Part shown: piece by piece, positions 1-9,770 of the stretch
How the letters are laid out: each line of letters starts with the position of its first letter
How positions within the stretch are numbered: position 1 is the first letter of the stretch
Assembly: GCA_963695545.1 (NCBI GenBank)
Contig: OY968796.1
Coordinates: forward strand, 160,001 to 224,000
Reading direction: 5' to 3'
Length of the DNA stretch: 64,000 nt
Origin: Terriglobia bacterium
Lineage (GTDB): Bacteria; Acidobacteriota; Terriglobia; Acidiferrales; UBA7541
Made by a program: the position numbers and the translations under genes
The notes under the pieces: model-generated
Databases searched by the model: none
The model's input: only the letters and a program-made list of their open reading frames with translations
What the model was told of the DNA's origin: nothing

Positions 1-738
1 TAAGTTTCGGCGCTGCGGCTGATGCAAGCGGTCGCGCATGGCCTCACGGAGCAAATCGGGGCGGCCGGCATCTATCGCCGCGCAGAACAGCGCGACTCTT
101 TGCAGATTGAAGACGGCGTCTTCGCGCAAAACCTCGGGGCTCAATTTCTTTCGCGAAGCGCGCGTGTCCACTTGCGCGTCGGGCGAAACGACGACGGCTC
201 GAATCCTGTTCGGCCAGGGCCTGCGAACGACGAGGATTCCACTTGAAGCCTGCGCCAGAACGACCCAGCCACCATGCAGAGCCGCGGCGACGTTGTCGGC
301 GTGGCCTTCGATTTCCGAAGCGCACGAGAGCAGGCGTTCGGGCCGCACGCGGCGGCCAGCGAATGCCGCGCCGATCAAAACTCCGGCGACAATCGCCGCG
401 GCGCTGCTGCCGAGTCCGCCGCCGAGCGGAATTTCGTTGGTTACGTCGAGATCCAGCGGTGGGAGACGAAATCCTTCGCGCTCGGCGAGAAGCAGCGCCG
501 AACGATAAATCAGATTGTCAGCTGTGCGCGGAATTGATTCGGCACCCTGGCCGGAATAATTCACGCGGCACGATTCGGGCGGTCCCGCGACCACGCGGGC
601 GCGCACGTCAAGATAAAGGCCGAGCGCCAAGCCGAAGCAATCGAAGCCCGCGCCAAGATTCGCCGACGATGCGGGCACGCGCACGGCAATCGTTCGCGCG
701 CGCGTTCCTGCGCTCGATTTTTTTGCGCTGCGCTTCAT
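1..738 (-). CDS. thrB: Homoserine kinase, C-terminus beyond window start
   Basis: Not in the ORF track. Manual translation from ATG 738 gives MKRSAKKSSAGTRARTIAVRVPASSANLGAGFDCFGLAL and the GHMP motif NEIPLGGGLGSSAAA. ATGA overlap with the thrC stop. Confidence 0.93.
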   Translation of the reverse strand, partial: MKRSAKKSSAGTRARTIAVRVPASSANLGAGFDCFGLALGLYLDVRARVVAGPPESCRVNYSGQGAESIPRTADNLIYRSALLLAEREGFRLPPLDLDVTNEIPLGGGLGSSAAAIVAGVLIGAAFAGRRVRPERLLSCASEIEGHADNVAAALHGGWVVLAQASSGILVVRRPWPNRIRAVVVSPDAQVDTRASRKKLSPEVLREDAVFNLQRVALFCAAIDAGRPDLLREAMRDRLHQPQRRNL

Positions 739-2147
739 CGAGAACGAGGCTCGGAGGACGAACGCTTCAGGTAATCGAGAATGCCCTCGCGCGTGGCCGG
801 CACGCGTGCCGGAGGATTCGCAAACGCGCCCACGATCGGGCGCGGCTCAGCTGCTCCCGGCTCACCCTCGGGTTCCTTCAATTGCCCGGTGTGATATTTC
901 GCAGTGTAATCGGTGTCCTTCAGAAGATGCCCGGTCAGGACGGCGACGACGGATTCGCTCTTCCGAATTCGACCGTCGGCCACAAGGCGCCGAATTCCGG
1001 CGACGGTCGTCGCGGAAGCCGGTTCGCATCCGATACCATCGCGGCCGATTACGGCCTTGGCGTCGGCGATCTCCTGCTCGGTGACGGCGAGAACCATTCC
1101 ATTCGTTTCGGCCAGCACGCGCAGTCCTCTCTGCCAGGAGACGGGCGCGCCGATGCGAATCGCCGTCGCAAGCGTGCGCGGTTCGGAGATCGGCACGATC
1201 GTCGCTTCGGGATTTCGCGCGCGTTCCGCGAACAGGCGCGCGAACGGCGCCGCGCCTTCGGCCTGAACAACGGTAAATCGCGGCAGGCGATCGATCAGTC
1301 CCCAGCGGCGCATCTCGATAAAGCCCTTGCCCAACGCGGAAATGTTGCCCAGATTTCCGCCCGGCACCACGACGTGATCCGGCACGCGCCAGCCGCGCTG
1401 CTCCATGATCTCGAACGAAACTGTTTTTTGCCCTTCGACGCGCATGGGATTGAGCGAGTTCACGAGATACAGCGATCCATCTTCGGCTAGCTCGCGCACC
1501 ACGCGCATGGCGGCGTCGAAATTGCCATCGAGCTCAAGCACCGCCGCGCCGTAATCCATGCTTTGGCCGAGCTTCGCGGAACTCACTTGGCCGCGCGGCA
1601 CCAGAATCACCGCGCGCACTCCGGCGCGCGCCGCGTACGCGGCCAAACTCGCCGCGGTGTTGCCGGTGCTGGCGCATGCGAGGGCTTGCGAGCCCAGGCG
1701 CACGGCGTGCGTCACCGCCGCCGTCATGCCCGTATCCTTGAATGAGCCGGTGGGATTCGCGCCTTGATGCTTCAGCCAAAGCTGATCGAGGCCGGAGTAA
1801 CTCGCCGCGCGCGGCGCTTCGTACAGCGGCGTATTCCCTTCGCGCAAGGTCACGAGCGGCTGCTGCGCGCCGATCGGCAGCATCTCGCGGAATCTCCAGA
1901 CGCCGCTTGAATCTTCGGGAAGATCGGACGTGCGGCGTTGCGCCCATAGTTTCGGCAGCGAAGTTCCCGCCGTCGGCGGCGCGCCCAATTCGACTTCGAG
2001 CAAGCCGCCGCAGCGCGCGCACACCACGACGCGTTCATCCAAGCCGTAATGCGCACCGCAGGACGCATCGACGCAGCGGAGTTCGGGCGCCGCGGCTGCG
2101 GCTCCCGCAATCGCGCTGGCCCCGGATTGATCGACCGCACGACTCAT
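735..2147 (-). CDS. thrC: Threonine synthase
   Basis: PLP motif NPTGSFKD, CASTGNT, PGGNLGN, EPASA, TGHLLKD; thr operon context. Confidence 0.93.
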   Translation of the reverse strand: MSRAVDQSGASAIAGAAAAAPELRCVDASCGAHYGLDERVVVCARCGGLLEVELGAPPTAGTSLPKLWAQRRTSDLPEDSSGVWRFREMLPIGAQQPLVTLREGNTPLYEAPRAASYSGLDQLWLKHQGANPTGSFKDTGMTAAVTHAVRLGSQALACASTGNTAASLAAYAARAGVRAVILVPRGQVSSAKLGQSMDYGAAVLELDGNFDAAMRVVRELAEDGSLYLVNSLNPMRVEGQKTVSFEIMEQRGWRVPDHVVVPGGNLGNISALGKGFIEMRRWGLIDRLPRFTVVQAEGAAPFARLFAERARNPEATIVPISEPRTLATAIRIGAPVSWQRGLRVLAETNGMVLAVTEQEIADAKAVIGRDGIGCEPASATTVAGIRRLVADGRIRKSESVVAVLTGHLLKDTDYTAKYHTGQLKEPEGEPGAAEPRPIVGAFANPPARVPATREGILDYLKRSSSEPRSR

Positions 2148-3676
2148 CGTTTCACTTCTCGCTGCGAGGCGCCACGCTCAGCGGCCGCGATCGCCGGTTC
2201 GGCCGGCGCGCCCATTATCGCCGACGTGCCAACCGGCATGCGTTGCGGAGCGCCCGCCGGAATTCCCTTCTCGAGATGAAATTCGTTGTGAATGCAGGAA
2301 ACGGCGCGCTGCAAAGAGTGCTCGTCGACGAGAAACGAAATGTTGTTCTCCGAAGAACCTTGCGCGATGGCGATGATGTTCACGCTTTCGCGGCCCAGCC
2401 GGCCGAACACGCGCCCCGCGACGCCCGTCGCACCGCGCATGTTATCTCCGACGACCGCGACGATCGCGACTTTGTCGTTCACGTGAATGTGATCGAGCTC
2501 AATCGGCCGCACTCCGAGAAGAAACGTGCGGCGCAGCGCTTCGACCGTGCGCTTGGCGTCGGCCGAATGGATCACGAAGCAAATATCGTCCTGCGACGAC
2601 GCCTGCGAGATCAGCAGAATGCGCGCGCGCGCTTCGGCCGTCGCCGCAAATGTCCAAGCGGCCACTTCGGGAACCCCGATGATGCCCGGGCCGCCGACGG
2701 TCAGCAAAGTGACATCGCGAATCGCCGTCACGGCCTTCACGCCTTCGAGCGTCGGATGACTATCGGGTCCAATCATGGTGCCGCGCGTCTCCGGCGAAAA
2801 ACTATTGCGAATCCACACCGGAATGCCGCGCCGGCGAACCGGATGCAGCGTGCTGGGATGCAATACTTTGGCGCCGAAAAAAGCCAGCTCCGCCGCTTCG
2901 TTGTATGAAATGTCGAGAAGCAGCGTGGCGTCGGGCACTAAACGCGGATCGGCGGTAAGCACGCCATCCACATCGGTCCAAATGATTACGTCGGCGGCGT
3001 CTAAAGCAGCGCCCAAAATCGTGCCCGTAAGGTCCGAGCCGCCGCGGCCGAGGGTGGTCGGCGTGCCGTCTTTGGCCGCCGCGATGTAGCCGGTGACCAC
3101 GGGCACCAATCCCGCGCGCAACCGAGGCACGAGCGCGGATTGCGCGCGCCCGCGCGTTTCGCTCTCGAGCGGAAGCGCGCCACCGTGCGTGTCGTCGGTG
3201 ACGATCACTTCGGTGGCTTCGACGGCTTCGCAGCGCACGCCAAGCGATTCGAGGGTTGCGGCCATCAATCGCACGGACAATCGTTCGCCGGCGCCAGAAA
3301 TGGAATCGAGAGTTCGCGGCGTCAGCTCGCGCAGCCAGGCCACGCCGCGGCAGCTGTTCGCCACTTCCTCGATGATCGCATCGATCTGCGACTGCAATGC
3401 GGCGCGGCGCACCGGATCGGTGACGAGCGCGGCGAGCGTTTCGGTGTGTTTGGCGGCCAGAAGACGGGCCAGTTTGTCGGCAGCGCTCTTATCGCCGCCT
3501 GCAGAGCGATGCGCGGCATCCACCAAAGCGTTGGTGACGCCGGCCATTGCGGAAACCACCACGACGATTTCGCGCTCAGGAATTGCGGCCGCCACAATTT
3601 CGGCGGCCTTGCGAATGCGCTCCGCGCTGCCGACGGACGTGCCACCGAACTTCATCACTTGTAGCGGACGAATCAT
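2144..3676 (-). CDS. lysC: Aspartate kinase with two C-terminal ACT domains, no homoserine dehydrogenase domain
   Basis: MKFGGTSV, TTLGRGGSD, WTDVDGVLTADPR, AELAFFGAKVLHP. Confidence 0.93.
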   Translation of the reverse strand: MIRPLQVMKFGGTSVGSAERIRKAAEIVAAAIPEREIVVVVSAMAGVTNALVDAAHRSAGGDKSAADKLARLLAAKHTETLAALVTDPVRRAALQSQIDAIIEEVANSCRGVAWLRELTPRTLDSISGAGERLSVRLMAATLESLGVRCEAVEATEVIVTDDTHGGALPLESETRGRAQSALVPRLRAGLVPVVTGYIAAAKDGTPTTLGRGGSDLTGTILGAALDAADVIIWTDVDGVLTADPRLVPDATLLLDISYNEAAELAFFGAKVLHPSTLHPVRRRGIPVWIRNSFSPETRGTMIGPDSHPTLEGVKAVTAIRDVTLLTVGGPGIIGVPEVAAWTFAATAEARARILLISQASSQDDICFVIHSADAKRTVEALRRTFLLGVRPIELDHIHVNDKVAIVAVVGDNMRGATGVAGRVFGRLGRESVNIIAIAQGSSENNISFLVDEHSLQRAVSCIHNEFHLEKGIPAGAPQRMPVGTSAIMGAPAEPAIAAAERGASQREVKR

Positions 3677-4800
3677 CGACGTTCCTTGCTTCCCGCAACC
3701 TGCGCGGCGGATGCGCCCGACGGCGCTGCCGACTCGAGCAATCCCTGCGCCAGCAGCAACTCGGCATTCAGAATCGCCGCGCCTGCCGCGCCGCGAATCG
3801 TGTTGTGCCCGAGCACGACGAATCGATAATCCAGCACATTGTCCGGAAACAGACGGCCCACGGTCACGCTCATTCCGCCGCCCGCGTCGCGATCAAGACG
3901 CGGCTGCGGCCGGTCCTTCTCGCTGCGCACCAGCACGGGACGCGCCGGAGCCGTGCGCAACTTCAATTCCTGCGGCAGGCCCACAAAATTTTCCATCGCG
4001 CGCCGCACATTATCGATCGTTCCAGGTCGAGAGAGCTTCACGCGCGTGGCCACCATATGCCCGTCGGTGACGTCGACGCGATGGCATTGCGCACTGATGC
4101 GCAGCGGCGCGCCGGCGATCGTCATTCCGGAAACCGAGGCCGAAACCTTGCCCAGAATCTTGCGCACTTCGCGCTCCATTTTCTCCTCTTCCTGGGCGAT
4201 ATAGGGCATCACATTATCCGCGATATCGAGAGAGGCAACGCCCGGGTAGCCTGCGCCGGAAAGCGCCTGCAGCGTCGTCGCGGTCACGCTTTCGATTCCG
4301 AACTCCGCTTCGAGCGGCGCGAGCGCGAGCGCCAGAATGATCGTCGAACAATTCGGATTGGTGACCAGATAGCCGCGGCCAAAGCCGCGATTGCGGCGCT
4401 GCGCTTCGATCAGCGCCAGATGACCCGGATTGATTTCCGGAATCAGCAGCGGCACATCGGAATCCATGCGCCACGCCGCCGAATTGCTGACCACCGGATA
4501 TCCGGCGCGCGCGAATTTCTCTTCCACGTCGCGCGCCGAATCCGAAGGCAAACTCGAAAACACGAAATCGCAATCGAGCGGAGGTTCCGGTGCTTCGACC
4601 GGCAGGGCTCTTGCGATCGCCGGAATTTCGCCGGGCAGGCGCCAGGTGCACGCCTGCGCATAGGTCTTTCCCTGCGAGCGATCCGACGCCGCCAGCGCGG
4701 TGACCTCGAATTGCGGATGATTTTCGAGCAATTGCAGGAATCGCTGGCCGACTGTGCCGGTTGCGCCGAGAATTGCCGCACGAATTTTTCGCGGTGCCAT
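3673..4800 (-). CDS. asd: Aspartate-semialdehyde dehydrogenase, archaeal/fungal-like type
   Basis: GATGTVGQRF, catalytic NPNCST, QALSGAGYPG, HNTIRGAAG. Confidence 0.95.
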   Translation of the reverse strand: MAPRKIRAAILGATGTVGQRFLQLLENHPQFEVTALAASDRSQGKTYAQACTWRLPGEIPAIARALPVEAPEPPLDCDFVFSSLPSDSARDVEEKFARAGYPVVSNSAAWRMDSDVPLLIPEINPGHLALIEAQRRNRGFGRGYLVTNPNCSTIILALALAPLEAEFGIESVTATTLQALSGAGYPGVASLDIADNVMPYIAQEEEKMEREVRKILGKVSASVSGMTIAGAPLRISAQCHRVDVTDGHMVATRVKLSRPGTIDNVRRAMENFVGLPQELKLRTAPARPVLVRSEKDRPQPRLDRDAGGGMSVTVGRLFPDNVLDYRFVVLGHNTIRGAAGAAILNAELLLAQGLLESAAPSGASAAQVAGSKERR

Positions 4801-4884
4801 GGCTCCTCTTTCCTTTTCCCTGTCGGGCGTTTCTGGTTCGGCCTCGCTCGCCGCCGTGTCAACGGTGCCGCAGCGCCGGAGGCC

Positions 4885-4925
4885 AAAAACGCAAACGGCC
4901 CGCCGGCTTCATCCGCCGCGGGCCG
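4885..4925 (-). terminator. Attenuator terminator in the thr operon leader
   Basis: Minus strand CGGCCCGC-N14-GCGGGCCG followed by TTTGCGTTTTT, between the leader peptide and asd. Confidence 0.8.
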
Positions 4926-4956
4926 CTTCGAGGAGACTTACGATTGCCGTCCTGCC

Positions 4957-5055
4957 TTAACTTGCCTCCCCCGCACGGTCCGCGGCGCGCGTCGTGGAGG
5001 TCGAACCTCCACGGCCAATAATCGACGTGCCGGTCGTGCGGGTGAAAGAAATCAT
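4957..5055 (-). CDS. thr operon leader peptide, 32 aa (MISFTRTTGTSIIGRGGSTSTTRAADRAGEAS)
   Basis: Manual translation: 7 Thr and 3 Ile. TTGACT-N16-TATCAT ends 9 nt before the ATG. The 3' part is complementary to the terminator 5' arm. Confidence 0.78.
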   Translation of the reverse strand: MISFTRTTGTSIIGRGGSTSTTRAADRAGEAS

Positions 5056-5120
5056 TGCGAAGTTATGATAAAACATTCCATCGCAAAGTCAAGGATCAAG
5101 GTGCCGCGCTGCGCCGGGAA

Positions 5121-7733
5121 TTACACGGCCGCGAGCGCAGCCACGAGCGCGGCACGCAGCGCCTCTTGCCGCGCCGCGTCGAGTTTCTTGCCGTCTGCCG
5201 TCAGGTAAAAAACATCGATAGCCTTGGGTCCCTCCGTATCCACCAGCGCGATCTCAATGTTGCATCCGCCCTCAGCCAGAACTCGGCTGACTTGATAGAT
5301 CAGGCCGGGCCGGTCCTGCGCGATCAGCTCGAGCAGAGTGCTGTGTGCGGAGACGGAATCGTCGAAGCGCAATTGTGTCGCGACCGCGACCTTGCGCTCG
5401 AACCCGGCTTGCGTTGCGCCTCCCGCGCGCCGCGCGAGCATGTTTTCGAGACTTGCGCGGCCCACGAGGACGTCGCGCACGCTCTCGACCAAACGTTCGC
5501 TCTCAGACGGATTGAGCTCGAGCGTCCGATGCAAATCCGCAAATTCAAAGCTATCGAGCCCAAGCCCCGCGTGGCTTGCGAACGCATCGGCCTTCACCAC
5601 ATTCATGCCCCACGCGTACAGCACACCCGCCACCTCGGCGAATAGAAACGGCCGGTCGTCGGTCAATAATCGCAGCTCGAATAAATGATTGCGCTTCGTA
5701 AGGCGCAGCTCGACGCGGTCGCCCCCGAGGCGGCGCCCCATCGCGAAATCTTGAGCGATTTCTTCGGCACCGTGGCTCGCGAGATACCGCAACGGCAGTC
5801 CTTCAAGAAAAGTGGCCAGCGCGCCGGCGTCCGCCGAAGGGCCAAGAAACGGCAACATGCGCTCGATTTCGCGGCCCACTTCCCCGCCCGAATGAAATCG
5901 CTTTTCATCCACACTCTCAACGAGATAATTCGACGTGCGCGCGTACAGATGCCAGAGCGCGCCCGCCTTCCACGGAGTGAGCGCCTCCGGATTTACGCTG
6001 CGAATGTCGGCGTAGGTCAGCAAGCAGAGCATCTTCAGGCGTTCGATAGAGCCCATCTTCTCTGCGAACACGCGGATCGTGGCATGATCGAAAACGTCGC
6101 GCCGTTGCATTGTCGCCGACATTTCAAGGTGATTGCCGACCAGAAAGCGCACCGTCGCCGTTTCGTCGGCGTCGAGCTTCAACCGCTGCGCCACCGCGTC
6201 CACGGTTTGCAGGCTGCCAACGACGTGATCGTCCTCCGGCATTCCCTTGCCCACGTCATGCAGCAGCAGCGCGAGGTACAGCAAATCGGGACGTTCAAGC
6301 GTTTTCAGAATGTCGCCGAAGCCGCGCTCCCAATCCTGCCGCGGCTGGCTCAGTCGATGAACATTTTCGATCGTGCGAAACGTGTGCTCGTCCACCGTGT
6401 AACGATGATAGAAATCGCGGATCACCAGCGCGTCAATCACGCGAAACTCCGGAATCAGCAGACCCAAAAGCCCCACGCGATTCATGGACCGCAGCGCGTC
6501 GGCGGCATGCGGCAACTTCAGAATCGAGGCGAGACGCGGCCATAAACCGTCGATGTGGCACACCGCTTCTCCCGCGCGCGCTGCGGCCAGCTCGATTTGC
6601 TCTTCGGCCTGAGCGCTCAGCGGAATTCCATGCCGCGCGACAAATTCGAATGGCGCGAGCGACGCCGCGGGATCTTCGAGCGTCCGCAAATTTCGCAGGT
6701 AGACGCGTTCGCGGCGCACTCCGAACTCGTCGTTCGCGCGCCGCGACCGCCAATCCTTGTAGGATTCATAGATGTACGATGGCGCGGCGGGAATTTCTTC
6801 GATTTCCTGTGCAACCAGGCGGTCGATCGCGCGCACGTGGCGATAGTAGACGCGCATCCAGTCCGCGGGCGCGACCGCGCGCCGCGGCTCAAGCCCCAAT
6901 CCGAGCGACGCGGCGTCGTCCTGGAATTCGTACGAAAGCGCATTGTCGTCACGCCCGCGGCGATAATGCAGAAAGCATCGCACGGTCAGAAGAAACCGGA
7001 ATCCGCGCGTGGCCTCCTCGCCCAAGCCGCGCGGCCACTTCTCCGCCGGATCGACCCATTTTTTTGTTTTGTCGAGTTCCGAGATGCGCACCAGCCAGCG
7101 TGCCACGTCGTAGTCGCGAATTCCGCCCGGCACTTCCTTGATGTTGGGCTCGAGATGAAAAATCGTGTGGCCGTATTTCGCGTGGCGCTTGTCAGTCAAT
7201 TGCGCAAGACCCGCGATCAGCTCGCCGCGCTCGCGCGTCACGACTTTCGGCAGCACGCTTTCGCGCATGCGTATGAAAAGCCGAGGATCTCCCACGATCC
7301 GCCGGCAGTCCAGCACGGCGATCGAAAATTCCGCGTTGTCCGGATCGAAGCTTTCGAGTTCCGCCAACGTTCGCGTGGTTTGCCCGAGTCGCAGCCGCAG
7401 ATCCCACAGGATTCGGCACAACTCCGCGGTCGCTTCTTTGAATTCCGTCGCCGCAGCCGCGTCCTCGTACAGGAACAACAAATCCACATCGGATTGCGGC
7501 AGAAGCACGCGCCGGCCGTAGCCGCCCAGCGCGACAAGACACGTCTTCGCCGGCCGCTCAGGATCTTCCGAGAACAACGCGGCGTGCAGCCGCGTCACCA
7601 GCGCGTCGATCAAATCCGTGCCGGCGCTTACCGCCTTCGGCCCGTCGCCATCAGCCTCGAACGTTTGCCGGATGCGCGCGAATTCGGCGGCGTAGAATTC
7701 CTGAAGATCGGGCAGCGAAATCGAAACCGCCAT
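5121..7733 (-). CDS. glnD: [Protein-PII] uridylyltransferase/uridylyl-removing enzyme
   Basis: GGYGR...SDVDL nucleotidyltransferase, HD domain (HRYTVDEH, LLHDVGKG), two ACT domains. Start moved to MAVSISL. Confidence 0.92.
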   Translation of the reverse strand: MAVSISLPDLQEFYAAEFARIRQTFEADGDGPKAVSAGTDLIDALVTRLHAALFSEDPERPAKTCLVALGGYGRRVLLPQSDVDLLFLYEDAAAATEFKEATAELCRILWDLRLRLGQTTRTLAELESFDPDNAEFSIAVLDCRRIVGDPRLFIRMRESVLPKVVTRERGELIAGLAQLTDKRHAKYGHTIFHLEPNIKEVPGGIRDYDVARWLVRISELDKTKKWVDPAEKWPRGLGEEATRGFRFLLTVRCFLHYRRGRDDNALSYEFQDDAASLGLGLEPRRAVAPADWMRVYYRHVRAIDRLVAQEIEEIPAAPSYIYESYKDWRSRRANDEFGVRRERVYLRNLRTLEDPAASLAPFEFVARHGIPLSAQAEEQIELAAARAGEAVCHIDGLWPRLASILKLPHAADALRSMNRVGLLGLLIPEFRVIDALVIRDFYHRYTVDEHTFRTIENVHRLSQPRQDWERGFGDILKTLERPDLLYLALLLHDVGKGMPEDDHVVGSLQTVDAVAQRLKLDADETATVRFLVGNHLEMSATMQRRDVFDHATIRVFAEKMGSIERLKMLCLLTYADIRSVNPEALTPWKAGALWHLYARTSNYLVESVDEKRFHSGGEVGREIERMLPFLGPSADAGALATFLEGLPLRYLASHGAEEIAQDFAMGRRLGGDRVELRLTKRNHLFELRLLTDDRPFLFAEVAGVLYAWGMNVVKADAFASHAGLGLDSFEFADLHRTLELNPSESERLVESVRDVLVGRASLENMLARRAGGATQAGFERKVAVATQLRFDDSVSAHSTLLELIAQDRPGLIYQVSRVLAEGGCNIEIALVDTEGPKAIDVFYLTADGKKLDAARQEALRAALVAALAAV

Positions 7734-8006
7734 GGGCGTCGCTAGTCTCCGTGAGCCGCGGCGTGCCACGCGGACAGTCTGCGGCCTCGCGCGCAACTCC
7801 TGCTTAGAAATTAGAGTGTACCATCGTCGCTGTGCGCGCCAGAAAATTGGCGCGTCACCCGATAAGCAGATTATGCGAGGGTGCGGAAAAAACGCTGTAC
7901 TGAAATCGCGACGCGAAGGTCTCTGCGCAGGCGGCGCGGCACTCTCCCGCCGGCGAAATCTTCGCAACTGCCGGGCGCTGCAGCGCACCGGACTCGCGGA
8001 GCCCCA

Positions 8007-8732
8007 CTAGCGGGCCTGCGCGCCTGAGCCACCCCGTCCGCGCGGCGCTTCCGGCAAATCCCAATCGACGCCCCACAGGTTCTGATCGGTTAGCAGCTCC
8101 AGGCCGACTTCAAACGTGCCCCCATCCTTACGCGCCGACCACGCCACGCGCGCCTTGCCATGTTGTCCCGTGTCCAGGCGGGTGAGCTTCACCACTTCGC
8201 CTTGCGCCAGCGCGCGCCCGCAGCTCACGCAAGCGCCATGTCGCGACACCGTTTGCGTCTTGGTGGTCTCTTCCCAGGGATCGCTGTCGATCAAACTCGC
8301 CAGCACCACCGCGACCGACATCCCGACTCGCGGCCCTCGGCGCACCTGTTTCAGCAAATCGGCGCTCCAAAGCAGAATGTCCATCAGACGCGCTCGCGCC
8401 AGGTTGTCGGGCTCGGCCACGGACATGGCAATACTCGTGGTGGCGCGCACGCATTCGTCCAAACGCCGGGCGAGTTCCGAAGTGGTCGGACCGTGACGCG
8501 AGGAGTGCCGCAACTGCACGGCGGCGTCATCCAGGAGGCGGTAGGATGCGAGGATGAAGTGGTCGACGCACAGCGCCCGCCCGTCCAACGCAGAGGTAGC
8601 CGCGTGAGGGCAATGTTTGATCGAGCAATTCTCTTTCTGAATCATTACGGCAACGTACCGCGGGGAGTATCGTAGCAGATCGGCGACGGTTGCAAGCGGT
8701 TTCTCGCGCGAGTGGGCCTGCGCGGCGCTCAA
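8007..8732 (-). CDS. PilZ-domain protein (start uncertain, possibly ATG 8645)
   Basis: C-terminal RRGPR...TVSRHGA PilZ-like motifs; N-terminal Cys/His cluster. Confidence 0.6.
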   Translation of the reverse strand: MSAAQAHSREKPLATVADLLRYSPRYVAVMIQKENCSIKHCPHAATSALDGRALCVDHFILASYRLLDDAAVQLRHSSRHGPTTSELARRLDECVRATTSIAMSVAEPDNLARARLMDILLWSADLLKQVRRGPRVGMSVAVVLASLIDSDPWEETTKTQTVSRHGACVSCGRALAQGEVVKLTRLDTGQHGKARVAWSARKDGGTFEVGLELLTDQNLWGVDWDLPEAPRGRGGSGAQAR

Positions 8733-8780
8733 TTTTCAGATTGGCGATGAGAACGTCTCAAATGGAAGCGCCGCTCTACT

Positions 8781-9770
8781 TCAAGCACCGACAGACAACG
8801 CCGCTTGATTCGCGGCCCCTAATAGCGGCGCCTTCTCATTGAGAATCACGTGGATCGGTATGCGCGAGAGCATCTCCCCGAGCTTTTCTTTCTGACAAAA
8901 CGCACGGAAAAATGTTCCGTCTTTGAGTTTCGGCAAAATCTTCACCGCGATTCCGCCGGCGACGTAGACGCCGTTGCGCGACATCGCCTTGAGCGCCAGA
9001 TTTCCCGCCTCGGCGCCATACAGCGCCGTCCAAAGATCGAGCGTGCGCACGCACACCGGACACGTTCCGGCCAAACCTTGCTCCGTGATTTCCGGCGCCG
9101 GGTCCACGCCGGGCTGGCCAAAACTCGGATGCTTCGCGGCGGGATCGAGAAAATTGTGGATCACGAGAAATCCGCGTCCGGAAAGAATCGCCTCGAAGCC
9201 CACGAACTCCTGGGTCTTCTTGAGATGCCGGAGCAGCTCGATTTCCTGTTCCGTGCGCGGCGCGAGGTCCGCGTGGCCGCCTTCGGAGCTGGCCACAAAG
9301 TAGCGATTGCCATCCCAATATAAAATTGCTTCGCCTAATCCGGTGCCCGCAGCAATCAGGATTTTCGCGGCGCGCGGCGCAACCTCGCCCACATTGAGCG
9401 TGGCTAGTTCTGCGGGGCGCAGCAATTCGATGCTGTAGCCGGAAGCCTCGAGATCGTTCAGCAGAACAATATGCTGGGTGCCGAGTTGCTTGGCGAGCGC
9501 CGCGGCGTCGATCACCCAGGGCAGATTCGTCGCGCGCACGCGGCCGTCCACCACCGGCCCGGCCACGCCCAAGCCAGCGGCTTCGAGCTTGATCGGCGCA
9601 CTGCCGAGCTCGGCGTGCGCGTCGACCAAAAATTGCGCGACGATTTTTTCAAATTGGTTATATTGTCCGCTCGGATAACGCTGCGTGACCACCGCTTCCA
9701 ATCGCCCGCCCCGCGGCTCGAACAGTCCCAAATTGCATTTCGTTCCGCCGACGTCGCAGCCCAGAATCAT
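8781..9770 (-). CDS. glk: Glucokinase
   Basis: GCDVGGTK, GVAGPV, LLNDLEA, AGTGLG, SEGGH. Confidence 0.92.
   Translation of the reverse strand: MILGCDVGGTKCNLGLFEPRGGRLEAVVTQRYPSGQYNQFEKIVAQFLVDAHAELGSAPIKLEAAGLGVAGPVVDGRVRATNLPWVIDAAALAKQLGTQHIVLLNDLEASGYSIELLRPAELATLNVGEVAPRAAKILIAAGTGLGEAILYWDGNRYFVASSEGGHADLAPRTEQEIELLRHLKKTQEFVGFEAILSGRGFLVIHNFLDPAAKHPSFGQPGVDPAPEITEQGLAGTCPVCVRTLDLWTALYGAEAGNLALKAMSRNGVYVAGGIAVKILPKLKDGTFFRAFCQKEKLGEMLSRIPIHVILNEKAPLLGAANQAALSVGA

Noticed and set aside
1..4800. Missing homoserine dehydrogenase as a pathway gap
   Set aside because: The operon runs off the window start, so hom may lie just outside.
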